This document shows, piece by piece, positions 39,632-51,773 of a DNA stretch of 64,000 nt. Source of the DNA: Sphyrna mokarran. Taxonomy: Eukaryota. The notes beneath the pieces are model-generated. The model was not told where the DNA came from and did no database searches. It was given only the letters and a program-made list of their open reading frames with translations. The stretch spans positions 53,320,001 through 53,384,000 of the forward strand of contig JAGIQG010000016.1 of the NCBI GenBank assembly GCA_024679065.1, read 5' to 3'. The position numbers and the translations under genes were made by a program. Position 1 is the first letter of the stretch. Every line of letters begins with the position of its first letter.

Positions 39632-40551
39632 AGGTAAGTTTGCAGATGACACCAAGATTGGTAGCATAGTGGACAGTGATGAAAGTTATCTAGGATTGCA
39701 ACGGGATTTTGATCATCTGGGCCAGAAGGCTGACAAATGACAGATGGAGTTTAATTTAGATAAATGTGAAGTGATGCATTTTGGTAGATCGAAACAGGGC
39801 AGGACTTACTCAGTTAGTAGTAGGACTTTAGGGAGTGTTTTAGAACAAAGAGATCTCGGGGTACATGTTCATAGCTCATTGAAAGTGGAGTCACAGATGG
39901 ACAGGATGGTGAAGAAGACATTCAGCATGCTTGGTTTCATTGTTCAGAACACTGAATACAGGATTTGGGATGTCTTGTTGAAGTTGTACAAAACATCGGC
40001 AAGGCCCCGCTTGGAATACTGTGTACAGTTCTGGTCACCCTACTATAGAAAGAATGTTATTAAACTAGAAAAAGTGTGGAAAAGCTTTACTTGGATGCTA
40101 CTGGAACTTGATGGTTTCAGTTATAAGGAGAGGCTGGATAGACTGGAACTTTTTTCTCTGGAGCGTAGGAGGCTTAGGGGTGATCTTATAGAGATCAAAA
40201 TAATGAGGGGTGTTGATCAGCTAGTCAATATCTTTCCCCAAAGGTAGGGGAGTCTGAAACTAGAGGGCATAGATTTAAGGTAAGAGGGGAGAGATACAAA
40301 TAGGTCCAGAGGGGCAATTTGTTCACACAAAGGGTGGTGAGTTTCTTGGACAAGCTGCCAGAGGTAGTAGTAGAGGTGGGTACAATTTTGTCTTTTAAAA
40401 AGTGTTTAGATAGTTAGATGAGAAAGATGGCTATTGAGGGATATGGGCCAAATGTGGGTAATTGGGATCAGCTTAGTTGTTTAAAAAAAGGGTGGCATGG
40501 ATAAGTTGGGCTGAAGGGCTTATTTCCATGCTAAAAACTTCTATGACTCTA
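39632..40551 (+). mobile_element. 5'-truncated CR1/HER1-like LINE (RT C-terminal half)
   Basis: KFADDTKIG motif; 167-aa ORF 39744-40247 (MEFNLDKCEVMHFG...RPRLEYCVQFWSP...ERRRLRGDLIE); tail CTATGACTCT. Confidence 0.93.
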
Positions 40552-41761
40552 AGTCACCTATCGTCCTGATTTGGAACTATGTCACAATTCCTTCGCTATT
40601 GCTGGATCAAAATCCTGGAACTCGCTTCCTAAAGCACTGTCAGAGCTCAAAACATTGGCTCTATTCTCTGTCCACGGGTGCTGTCAGACTTGCTGAAATC
40701 TTCCTGCATTTTCTGTTGTAGTACAGAAAGAGACCTTGTTTAATGAAAAATAACATTTCCAAATAGTAACCTCTACATGATGAAAAGTCCAGTTTTTACT
40801 GAACCACTGATGTAGCTTTTAAATCATTGCTTGGGTCATTGCAGAGTGAGTTAACCGCACCACCCTTCCAATTGCACAGCTAATTTTTCTGTTAATCAGT
40901 TAATCAATGTACAAGTTTGCCTTTTTATGTGCTGTGGACTGGCAATGACATTCAGATCAGTGCAAATACAGAAAGACCACAATGTTATGTTATGATGTTA
41001 TAGAGAACATGACAAATAGGGATGCATTGTAAGGTCATGCATGATCTCATCATGTATACACACTGCTGCCAGGACAGCACATTTATTGGCCTCATGAAGA
41101 TCCGGTGGCAGTCACAATGGTCCAGCAGGAAATTAGACTTTTTGTTCGTGCTCTTAAAATCCATATGAATATTGGGCAGCAGGAAATCTGTGCTATGGGA
41201 AGCAATGGTTAAAGATCAGCAGAAAAACGGTTTGACTGTTTCAGTTAGCTTGTTGATGCAGAATGTTGAAGAAAACCATGAAAAATACATTTGCTATACA
41301 AACATATTGCTCATTGTCAGCAGAATTAACATCAAAGAAAACTGCTGGGCTGTGGTCACATGACAGTTGGGTATTGCATGTGTTGTTATGGTGATGGAGA
41401 GCAAGAGACTTGTTCAGCTGGTGCGGGGGGAGGGAGCGTTAAGAGATTGAAAGGCAACGTTGGCTCTTAAAGTGGCCGTATTTGTCTCAGGTGATGCCTT
41501 GTGATACTGTTGCTGGAAAATGGCACCAGTTCAAGGGTAGGTGACTTGGTAGCAGGCTACGCAGGCAGCACAAATTGTCTTCAAGATGCACAGCATTCTG
41601 CATTCAAATATCGCAATAATTTCATTTCCAAATTCTGATAAAGCTTTGTGCCAAATTGCTCCTGTTTTGATTCCTCAGGTTATCGCTGAAGATGTGTGAC
41701 AGAATCACTTGCTCCGTTTTTATTAACAGCAATGCTCCTCTGGCTCATCCTCATTCTGTAT

Positions 41762-41873
41762 TTCACCATGGCAACAGATAACTGATGCTGTAAACGTGTT
41801 AAGTCGGGAGAAAATGTATGAACCTTCTCAGCAATAGATATACCCACCAGTGTGAGGAGGTTACCATGGCAAT
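41762..41873. promoter_or_regulatory. Pair of RFX X-box-like motifs
   Basis: TTCACCATGGCAAC (41762-41775) and GTTACCATGGCAAT (41860-41873) versus consensus GTTNCCATGGNAAC, in non-repeat DNA. Confidence 0.4.
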
Positions 41874-43575
41874 AAAACCAGAATGAACCATATTCTGGCA
41901 TATTCTCAGTTAACACACTAATCAGCGCATCCTTTCAGTCCAAATTTTTCTCGGTGCAAATACAATTAATTACAAATATGTTGCGTACTTCCTCTCTCGT
42001 GTTCCTGGTTGAGAGGTCAATTTGTTTGGATCCCAAAACAATAGTTTGTTATGCTTCAAAACATTGCTCTGCAAAAATTCTGTAAAAATATTTTTTAGAA
42101 TCGCTAAACTAGGACATGCTAAGTTGAGTACAGAATACAGAACCAATTATAATTACGAGAAATGGTTAAAAGTACATCCAATATAGCAATAAATATGTGT
42201 ACCTGTAGATTTAATAATTCACCTTTTATCTTTAACATGTTTGGTCATCCTAAGCAGAACTTCCCGATTGCAGGAAATTGTGTATTTTAGTTAGTTAAAC
42301 TCCAACTCGAGGAAGCACATTGAAGAATTCAGGGATAACTTTTATAATATAAACAAGTGCACCCTCTGTAGAATGCATATTGGGATCTTGGGCTTAAAGG
42401 TCAATGTAGCTGCTTTGTGCTTACAAATATCTCCAAATTTAATGGATATAGAAAGTCTTGTGGAATACAAACTTGGTGAACTGACCTTTGCACTTGCATT
42501 TCTGTACTATGCCTTTGGCACCGAGTTCCGCGATGGGAATGTTATTTGCAAAAATGAATCCCTTGGTGCTTAACTGGATCACAAGCTAAAAGTTAACTGT
42601 TGAAGTGTTGGTTTCCAATGGCTGCCAACCAACGACTAAGGACAATAACAGTTTGTTGTACACTCTGAGCAGCTCTTACATACTGTGAATCTGCTCGAGA
42701 ACTTATGCGGAACTAACATATGAACCCCCCCTTATGTACCCACATCATTGCAGCATTCACACGCCCAGCCGTTTAAGTTGGAGCATTTGGTACACTGAGG
42801 TATAACAGTGTGCAAGAACAGTGACTGGATGCATACTATTTACAACCTACAAATGGAACAGGCTAACAACACACAACTATTTAAATTGTGTGAAACATAA
42901 GATGAGGCTGCCAGTAGCTGATGCGTAGCCCATTGCATCTCCTTCCCCTTAATCCAATTTCTTAATAAAAACAAGGCCAGTTATGTACCAGTCTATGATG
43001 TAGTACGGGAACCTTGTATTTGGTTTTGTCAGGTACTCTGAGTGCATGTTGGTCATGCTCTCGGATTGGTGGCCTCAGCGTGGATGGCTTCAAGTGTCCT
43101 TTTGGACTTGCTTTGTTGACCTCTGTACGAGCTCCCATTTCCACTGGTGTGGGGGCAGAGGATGCAACTACACTGTAGGCTGTATGCTGGGGTACTGTAC
43201 TTGCAGCTCAGCTGTGGCATGGCCTATTCTGCCACCAAGGGTCTATTAGAATACGCATTGGAATGTTAAAAACTTCTGGTGCCCCAGCAAGTCTGATGAT
43301 GGATGGCAGTACCATCCAGTATAGTAACAACAATGACCATTTGCTGCAAGTGATACTGCTTTAGAAAGAGGGTTCCTCAAAATCTAGGCTAAATCTCCAT
43401 AATTCAGTGCTGAGGAACTGCTGCATTGTCAGAGATGCCATCTTTCAATGCTATCTGCCTGTTCAGATGGATGTGAAAGATTTTATGGCACCATTTTGAA
43501 GAAGAGCGAGCCAGTGTCCTGGCCAGCATTTATTCCTGAATCAACATGACAAAAACCAATTTATCATGAGTGGTC

Positions 43576-44038
43576 TGCAGATAGAGGGATATATGAGGAC
43601 TGTTTAAATACTTTAATTGTTTCCACAGGCTATTCGGTCCACCTTGTTGACCAACAAGGTGCATGCATTTGGCAGGTCGTGCGAGGGCTGCTCCTGGAGG
43701 TTACTTCAGGAGTGGCCTAGCGCTTCACGTTGTTAGTGTATGCTTAAACTGGACCATCAGATGGGCAACATGACAGCTCAGAGACTATCACTGTTGCTGT
43801 GCAGACACATGGATTTGGGCCTGTGTCTGCGGGAGTTTGCGCGTTCTCCCCGTGGTTGCGTGGGTTTTCTCCGGGTGCTCCGGTTTCCTCCCACATCCCA
43901 AAAATGTGCTCTTAGGCTGATTGGGTAACAAATTGTCCCTATATTGGTCTCTATATGTCATTAAGACGTTAGGATGGCGGCGTGGGCTCGTTGGGCCGAA
44001 GGGCCTGTTTCCCATGCTGTGTTGTTCTTTGTTCTTTG
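43576..44038 (+). mobile_element. Composite V-SINE derivative with 5' extension and (TTCTTTG)n tail, copy 1
   Basis: 5' extension shared with 48600-48745(-); degenerate tRNA head; V-core; CR1-type tail; 4 mismatches in about 218 nt versus 58370-58587. Confidence 0.8.
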
Positions 44039-44046
44039 GTCATCAT

Positions 44047-44350
44047 CATACAGTACAGAAGGAGGCCATTTGACCCATCAAGTCTGCACTGACCACAATC
44101 CCATCCAGGCTCTACACCATAACCCCATACGTTTACCCTAGCTGGCCCCCCTGTCACTAAGGGGCAATTTAGCATAGCCAATCCACCTAACCCACACGCA
44201 CATCTTTGGACAGTGGAAGGAAACCAGGGCATGTGGAGGAAACCCACACAGACATGGGGAGAATGTGCAAACTTCACACAGTGACCCAAAGCTGGAATTG
44301 AACCCTTCTAGCGCTGTGAGGCAGCAGTGTTAACCACTGTGCCACCATGG
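44047..44350 (-). mobile_element. HE1-like SINE, tail A
   Basis: Full copy flanked by candidate TSD CATCAT (44041-44046 / 44351-44356). Confidence 0.9.
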
Positions 44351-45364
44351 CATCATTACATTGCTGTTTGTGGGAGATAATGTGTGCAGATTAGCTGTCA
44401 CATTTACCATGTTTCAAGTGACTACACTTCAATAACATTTCATTGGCTGTAAAGCATTTTCAGCTATCTGGTGACTATGAAAAGAGTTGTATAAATGCAA
44501 ATCTGTCTGCCTTTCTCAAGTGAGTTACAGAAAATGAAAGAAAAGTGTCACTTGTGGGAAATGGTGCAATGGAACACTCTCTGTTTTCAACCTGAGGCAT
44601 TTATATTCAATTCATTCAGGAATCTTCTGAGAATTTACTTAATCTGTTCAACAAATATATTCCCTACCTGTTTCTGAGAATTGCTCATGCCCACAATCTT
44701 ACATGTTCCCATCAAAGCACAAATCTTCTGTTCATCCAGAAAGATGGAGAATAATATAGGAGTGCCAAACCTGAAATACAGGTGACCAGGTTAATCTTTG
44801 TGGTTAAGGAATAATTTCTCTTTTCATTGAAGTTAAATATAAAATAATATGACGATATTTGCAAGGAAACCGATTGTGCTGTGTAATGTAAAGTAAAAGG
44901 CCTGTGTTTGGTGACACCAAAACAAGTACGTAAAGATGATGGCAGATAATCCTATCAAATCAATAAAGGCCCAGATGTGCCTTTCAAGAGGATGTAAATA
45001 GGTAAGGTTGAAGGAAAAAGATTTGGGTTGAATGCAGGGAATGGCTATGGACATCTTCTGCAGGACAATCTCCAGTTCACAGTCAAAAGAATCTAGAACT
45101 GAACCCCCAGCTCTGGCTGCTTGTCATCTTGTGCTAACTCGGAACTTCAGAAGGGACTTAAATTCTCCAGAAGCATGAGATTTTCTTCACCCCAGTGCCT
45201 CACAATTGGAGAATCTATTCTTGGAGATATTGATGAAGTAAGCACTTCCAATATTATTTAAGTTCACCTGGGGAACTTGGCAGGAGTCCATTGTGCAAAG
45301 ATAGAAGTCCAATTTGTTGCTATGTGGGGCTGAAGGAGGATCTGCAGATTAAGTTAAAATAGGG

Positions 45365-45855
45365 AACATTTTTTAAATCAATTGTGGGCCATGGGCCTCA
45401 TTGGCTGACCAGCATTTATTGCCCATCCTTAGTTGCTCTTGAGAAGGTGATGATAAGCTGCCTTCTTGAATCGCTGCAGTCCATGAGGTGTGGGTTGATC
45501 CACAATGCCATAATGGAGGGATTTACAGGGTTTTTACCCAGCAACTGTGAAGAAATGGTGACATATTTCCAAGTCAGAATGGTGATTGTCTTGGAAGGGA
45601 ACTTGCAGGTTATGGTGTTCCCATGTATTTGCTGCTCTTGCCCTTCTAGATGGAAGTGGTGCAGGGTTTGGAAGGTGCTGTCTAAGGATCTTTGGTGAAT
45701 TTCTGTAGTGCATCTTGTTGATAGTACACATTGCTGCTACGGAGCGTTGGTGGTGGAATGAGTAGATGGGGTGCCTATCAAGCTGGCTGCTTTTTTCCTG
45801 GATGGTGTCAAGCTTCTTGAGTGTTGTTAGAGCTACACCCATCCAGGCAAGTTGG
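45365..45855 (-). mobile_element. CR1/L2-superclade LINE 3' end (likely partner of SINE family 2)
   Basis: ORF 45534-45842 reads TTLKKLDTIQ...HHQRSVAAMCTINKMH...RRARAANTWEHH; tail GCAACTAAGGATGGGCAATAAATGCTGG. Confidence 0.78.
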
Positions 45856-47067
45856 GATAAACAGGATGCCTGCCGAATCTCTGAATTATTTGACCATGGT
45901 TAATGTAATATGTGACATCATTATCGTTTAAATCCCTCTCCACCCATCCGACATTGACTTTACCTTCCACTTCCAGCAGAAAATACAAAGTGCTGAAAAA
46001 CGCCCTGTGTCCTCTTGTCATGGGCCCACTGTACTTCACCACCACTGTGCCACAACTAGCATAATAACAGTTTCTGGGCAATAGGAAATCCTTCCCCTAT
46101 TTAGGCGATTTAAAATCTTTGCTTTGTAGTGCAGCTTAGGATTGCTATTCCAATGCACATCCATTGCTTCACTTGCTAATCAATCATTGTCATAACCAGC
46201 TAGAATAAAATCCGTACATGAAGAATGTATTCTGCCTCTTAGGAAATTCTTGCATTGTGTTTTCTATGTGCACGCATGCAAACACAATTTTGATAATTGA
46301 ATTTTTTTCTCTATTGATGCATAAACTTCTGAGGTTTAACGTGGACTTTCTGACTGCTTCACTGCAGGATATGAAGAATACTTATTAGTTTTACTGATGG
46401 ATTTCTGTTAAAGTAGTTAACCTTGAGTCTCGGAGTCTTGATAATGAGGCTAGGTTGCCACCTACCACCAAATAAAAATGCAAATAAATTGGTGACCTCG
46501 TATAGAAAACAGCCATTTGTTTGACATATTGAAAAGTTACTTTTCCCGTTCTACTGGAGTTATATGGACTCCTAGCAATGTGACAAATTACACTTGGCAT
46601 TTGGTTCAAATCTTCCCCACCCCTTTCAATTCATGATTGCATATTATATAATAGACACTGACACTAATACAATGATCAATCTCCACAAAAACCTGCTGTG
46701 AGTGATAAAGAGGCAAACCTCATCCATCAGTCCAATGAATGGGTTTTTGCAGCTGTTTTGCTACTTTTGTTTTATTTCCCCCTGTCCCAACTCGCATTTG
46801 ATTGTATCTGCCTTTTGTTCTGCTCCTGAGTCATACCGAACAGGTTCTGGTCGTTGGGTCAGATGTTTAGAACAAAGCAAAACTGTTCATTAGCTTTTTT
46901 ATTGAGGGTCAACATTCCAAACTGTGTTTTGTTTGAAAGTTAATCTGCAGGATGGTCCAACATGCCGAACTCCACATGATGAGCTTTGGGTTACAAATGT
47001 GGCAGCTTGGATAGTTACCAAGTGATTGTCGAAAGGAGTAATACAGCTACTAAAGTGCTTTAAATAT

Positions 47068-47345
47068 TAAAGTTTATTTATTAGTCACAAATAGGCATTG
47101 ACATTGCAACTGTGAAAATCCCCTAGTCGCCACACTCTGGCGCCTGTTCAGTTATTCCGAGAGAGTATTTGGCATGGCCAATGCACCTAACCAGCACATT
47201 TTTCGGATTGGAAACCAGAGCACCTGAAGGAAACCTGTGCTGATACAGGGAGAATGTACACACTCTGTACAGACAGTGACCCAAGCCGGGAATCGAACTC
47301 AGGTCCCTCGTGCTGCGAAGCAGCAATGCTAACCACCATGCTGCC
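47068..47345 (-). mobile_element. HE1-like SINE, tail B
   Basis: Tail B with CCCTAGTCGCCACACTCTGGCGCC; B-box GGAATCGAAC. Confidence 0.88.
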
Positions 47346-47641
47346 TACGTGAAATCTCTACTTGCTGTGGAAACATGAGGGTAGCCCATTCTTTTAAGCT
47401 GTTACTTTACTTCTCTCTCCTGGATAGTTAAAGAAAAGTGAACAACTCGATTCCTGGCTCTTGAAAAACTCCACAGATTACTAGACAGTAAATAAAGAAC
47501 AGATATACTCAGGGATGGAAACAGAGGGGAAACAAGGCATCAATGTCTCTCAGCCTATAAAAACCATTATTTCCTGTACTATGAATTGTTGATCCTGTTT
47601 GGTAAGCAGATTGTACAAAGGTTTGATCTATGGTTAATATT

Positions 47642-48218
47642 TGGGGGTGATTTTCTGACCTCGCCACACCTAGCATAGATCGCGCCAATCCCAGAACATA
47701 GCATGCGGGGCTAAAATTTGCTGCGCCCTGCATCAAACGGTTTCCAATTGCCCCAGTCCCCTTCTCCTGGTGCAAACCAGATCCCGCGTAGAAAGGACGC
47801 AAGGCTGATTAGCATAAGATTAACTTGATTCCAATTTCATTAGCAAATTCAGCACACAATCATCACCCTTCTCCTGGAATGTTGCCACCTCTCCAACAGG
47901 ACATCACATGGGTGTGAATTAGTTGCTGGTTTTCAGTAGTGGGCACCACGTACGATAGTCATACTAGGGTACTCAGAGGCTATTGAGACTCCCAGATGGT
48001 CAGTGGTATGGCTGGGCAGTGTCCACATGGCACACTGGCAGTACCTACAGGACATCCTGGCAGTGCCAGATGAGCAGTTGTGCCAGGACCAATTCCAAGG
48101 GGGTGGATGGGGATGGGATTGAGTGTGGGTTATGATGGGGTGGGGTTTTATGCAGTCTCACTTGCATGTTTAGGGACCCCCTCCCTTCTCCCTCCCCCCC
48201 TCCCTCCAACACTGGTGG
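47642..48218. mobile_element. Probable non-autonomous Harbinger-like DNA element fragment
   Basis: GGGGGTGATTTTCTG terminus resembling the MITE ends; GGCAGTGCCAG-type internal repeats. Confidence 0.35.
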
Positions 48219-48219
48219 G

Positions 48220-48790
48220 CAAAAGAACAACACAACACGGGAAACAGGCCCTTTGGCCCTACAAGCCTGCGCTGCCATTTTAACATTCAGTGAGTGCCTC
48301 ATTCCAATCCTCCTTCTACCTATGACTTTTGTCTATGCCTCTTGGACTCTATAATAAAGGTATGCAAATTTAGAGAATTATAAATATGCCAGATTGAGGG
48401 AGATCTAATGTGGGGACAATCTGTTAACATCAATTAGCCTAAAAGCACGTTTTTGGGGGTGTGGGAGGAAACCGGAGAAAACCCACACAAGCAGGGGGAG
48501 AATGTGCAAACTCCCACAGACACCGACCCAAGTCGGAGATCCGATCCAGGTCCATGTATCTGCACTGCAAACAGTGAAAGTCACTGAGCTGTCATGTTCC
48601 CCATCAGTTGGTCCAGTTTAAACGTACACTAATGACGTGAAGCACTAGGCAACTCTCAAAGCAACATCCAAGAGCAGCCCTTGCATGACCCACTGCGTGT
48701 AAGACCCTTGTTGGCCAACAAGGTGGACCAAATCATCTGTGGATGTGAAAAAAGAGACATCAATAAACATACACAGCTTACGCAGACAAC
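48220..48790 (-). mobile_element. Composite V-SINE derivative, copy 2 (older, longer)
   Basis: Tail AAGAACAACACAACACGGGAAACAGGCCC, V-core, head and 5' extension homologous to 43622-43820; about 100 nt extra between core and tail. Confidence 0.78.
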
Positions 48791-48892
48791 CCACTAGTCT
48801 CCAAAAAAGGTGACTGAGTTTGGAATAATTGTGGTCCAGAACATGTCTGACCGACTGGATCACTCCGATATTCCTGCCATTATGACAGTAAA

Positions 48893-49020
48893 GCCGGAAT
48901 TCTCCAACCGTTCACGCTCCTACAAGTGAGGAAGGAGAATTTGGTGCTCAACCAACTCTCTGATCGCTGCAGCATGATTTGAAGAATTTTGCCAGCATGA
49001 ACAGTCGGAGAATTCCCGCC
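48893..49020. mobile_element. Harbinger-type MITE
   Basis: GCCGGAATTCTCC / GGAGAATTCCCGCC termini; flanked by TAA/TCA. Confidence 0.7.
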
Positions 49021-49902
49021 TCATTTTATCTGGGGGAAGTTCAGGGGGTGGGGTTGGGGGTGGCGGTGAGTGCCTGGTGGCAGAAACCAAGTTCACCAGC
49101 TGCTGAACTCCTGAGGTGCCATTGTGCAGGTGCCACAATCTCCCAGTGGAAGATTCCAGAAGGCCGGAAGGTGCTGTGCAGGGAATAGGTGAGCTCTTTT
49201 AACTCTTGCAAATTGTCTTTGTGCCCTTTATGGACAGAGGTCCCACTGGAGGGAATGGCCAAAAAACTTTGACCTGCATCTCCAATTCCCTTTTGAATGT
49301 CACCATTGGACCTGTTTCCATTAGTCTTTCAGGCAGTGTATTCTACAACTCACTGCACAAAATAAATTATCCTAATCTTCCCGCTGGTTAAGGGCATGAA
49401 ATGTGCAATGTACAACATGTAGTTAATTAGCAAGCTCCATTAGCTTATCCACTCAGTTACTTAGCTGATTGTGTAAAGTAAGTTGAAATAAAATCCTTTG
49501 ATCTGTGTGATCTAATTTAAAGACAACCCATACAATTTCTTCTGAAAGCTTTCGCATATCCGAAATAAAATTGATTTAGACACTTCAAACTTTGTTCGTA
49601 ATCGATGGAATGATGGGTGAGAAAAACTGTCCCAGAATTTGAAAATCTTTACCTCAGGAATGTTATTTGGTTAGGAGTGACAAAGTATCAATAAAATATT
49701 GTGCTTATGTAGTGAGGCAAGTTGTCAATGGTTGCAATGGGACCTTGTATTGAATCTGTTTTTTATTCTATTAACCTGAATGTAAGTGACACATTCTGGA
49801 GTTCTTTTTTCAGAAGGATGTGGAAAAGATTTAAGTTATTTCATTATTGTTGTTCTTGTTGCCGCTGTCACCATCAGAATCAGTACTGGCAACAGTATTT
49901 AC

Positions 49903-50555
49903 ATAAGACCATAAGATTTAGGAGCAGAATTAGGCCATTTGGTCCATCAAATCTGCTCTGTCATTCAAGCTTGGCTGGTGTGGCATGGTTGCACAATGGT
50001 TAGCACTGATGTCTCAGTGCCAGGGATTCAGGTTTGATTCCGGCTTCGGATGACTGTGTGGAGTTTGCTCATTATCCCCGTGTCTGCGTGGGTTTCCTCC
50101 TGGTTCTCCGGTTTCCTTCCAGGATCCAAAGATGTGCGGGTCAGGTTGATTGGTCATGCTAAATTGACTGTGTCAGGGGATTATCAGGGTAAGTATATGA
50201 AGTTATGAGTATAGGGTCTGGCTTGGGCAGACTCAAAGGGCGAATGCTTTACTTCCGCATTGTAGGGATTCTATGATTAGTTTTTCAATCCCATTCTCCT
50301 GCCTTTTCCCCGTAATCCGCAATCCCCTTACCAATCAAGAGCCTATCTATCTCTGTCTTAAATATCTTCAATGACCTGTCTTCCACAATCTTCGATGGCA
50401 GTGAATTCCACAGATTCTCCATCCTCTGGTTGAAGAAATGCCTCCTCATCTCAGTTCTAAAAGGTCGTCCTTTTATTCTGAGGCCATACCCTCAGGTCTG
50501 TCCTACTAATGGAATTATCTTCCCCACATCCGCTCTATCCAGGCCTTTCCGCATT
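49903..50555 (-). mobile_element. CR1 3' end interrupted by a HE1-like SINE
   Basis: CATAAGACCATAAGA tail at 49902; resumes near 50285 (CCCATTCTCCTGCC...GAATTCCACAGATT). Confidence 0.8.
49975..50278 (+). mobile_element. HE1-like SINE, tail A (nested)
   Basis: Head, V-core, GTAGGGATTCTATGAT tail. Confidence 0.87.
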
Positions 50556-51449
50556 CAACATGGAAAGTTCCCCAAAATGAACTTGTTTCTTTGGAATGAT
50601 TCATTGAATGTGTGTCACTGTGAATCCTCTTAAATGTCTGCACTTGTGAAAATGCTAAGGTTTGTGAACAAGCCTGCCAATTTGTAGTTCCCCAAAATAC
50701 TCCTGATGAATGAGATGTGTGCAATCCTCTTGCTAGTGGCATTCCTTTTACACACTGGTATGGATTTGCATTCCAGACATCCTAATATTTCTTTTCATGG
50801 TTGATAGCCATCTGCTGATAATTAGGAATCAGGAAGGCTATAATTAGAATCTGTCAGGCGTGAAATGAACCATGTCTATTTTTAATAAAGTTTTCATTAA
50901 ATTTCTATTGCATTTAAAAATATTTCTGAAACTCTCAAACTCTGAATCCTGTCCTGAATTATTTAAACAGTGCATCAAAGGTTCCATTTGGGAGATTATG
51001 AGCCAAATGCACATATTCATTTCATATATTGGTGAAAAATGAACATTTTAGTCTTGTAATTGCTTTAGGATTCAGCGTAGCAATGCAGAGCACTGCACAT
51101 TACATACTGATGGTAATTGAATGAAATAATAGCTGGAGTGACTTCTCACACCACAGCAGTTAGTTTGAAAATCAAACATTTGAACAGAGACTTTGTTTTA
51201 ATGATTCCTTAGTCAGTCAAGTGAATATTTTGTACCATCACAATTCTTGGCCAACCACCATTTGTTATTCTTATAATTTATTTAATTTGATGTTTTAAGC
51301 AAAGATAATCCACAAAGTAATTGGGAATAAATCAGTTAAAAATTCAGGACTTGGTCAATTGGGAAGATCAAGAGAACAGGATTTCTAAAATGTTAAAATC
51401 AATAAAATTGAAGTTGATTATATTAACTGATGATATTTATTTTTATAAC

Positions 51450-51773
51450 TGGGGCAGCACATTGGCACAATGGTTAGCACTGCTGCCTCACAGCGCCAGA
51501 GACCTGGGTTCAGTTCTGGCCTTGAGTTGCTGTCTGTTTGGAGTTTGCAAGTTCTCCCAGTGTCTGTGTGGGTTTTCTCCAGGTGCACTGGTTTCCCTCC
51601 CACAGCCTGAAAGAAGTGTAGTTAGGTTGATTGGCCAGGCTAAATTGCCTGTTTGTGTTAGGTGGACTAGCAGGGGAAATAGGTCGGGTTGAGGGGATGT
51701 GGCCTGGTTGGGATGTTGGTCAATGAGATCTGATGAGCCAAATAGCCTCCTCTGCACTGTAGGGATTTTATGA
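51450..51773 (+). mobile_element. HE1-like SINE, tail A
   Basis: GGGGCAGCACATTGGCACAATGGTTAGCAC head through CTGCACTGTAGGGATTTTATG. Confidence 0.88.

Larger units (their letters stand above)
43385..44505 (+). mobile_element. Deu-domain SINE interrupted by two younger insertions
   Basis: Deu core at 43385-43565 (GATGTGAAAGATTTTATGGCACCATTTTGAAGAAGAGC); resumes at 44351 (ACATTGCTGTTTGTGGGA...ATAAATGCAA). Confidence 0.72.

Noticed and set aside
39744-40247. Longest ORF (167 aa) as a host gene
   Set aside because: It is a fragment of CR1 ORF2, bounded by a stop and a frameshift.
43695-43712. GGTTACTTC resemblance to vault RNA
   Set aside because: Only a 9-nt match, not conserved in copy 2, and no vault-like termini.
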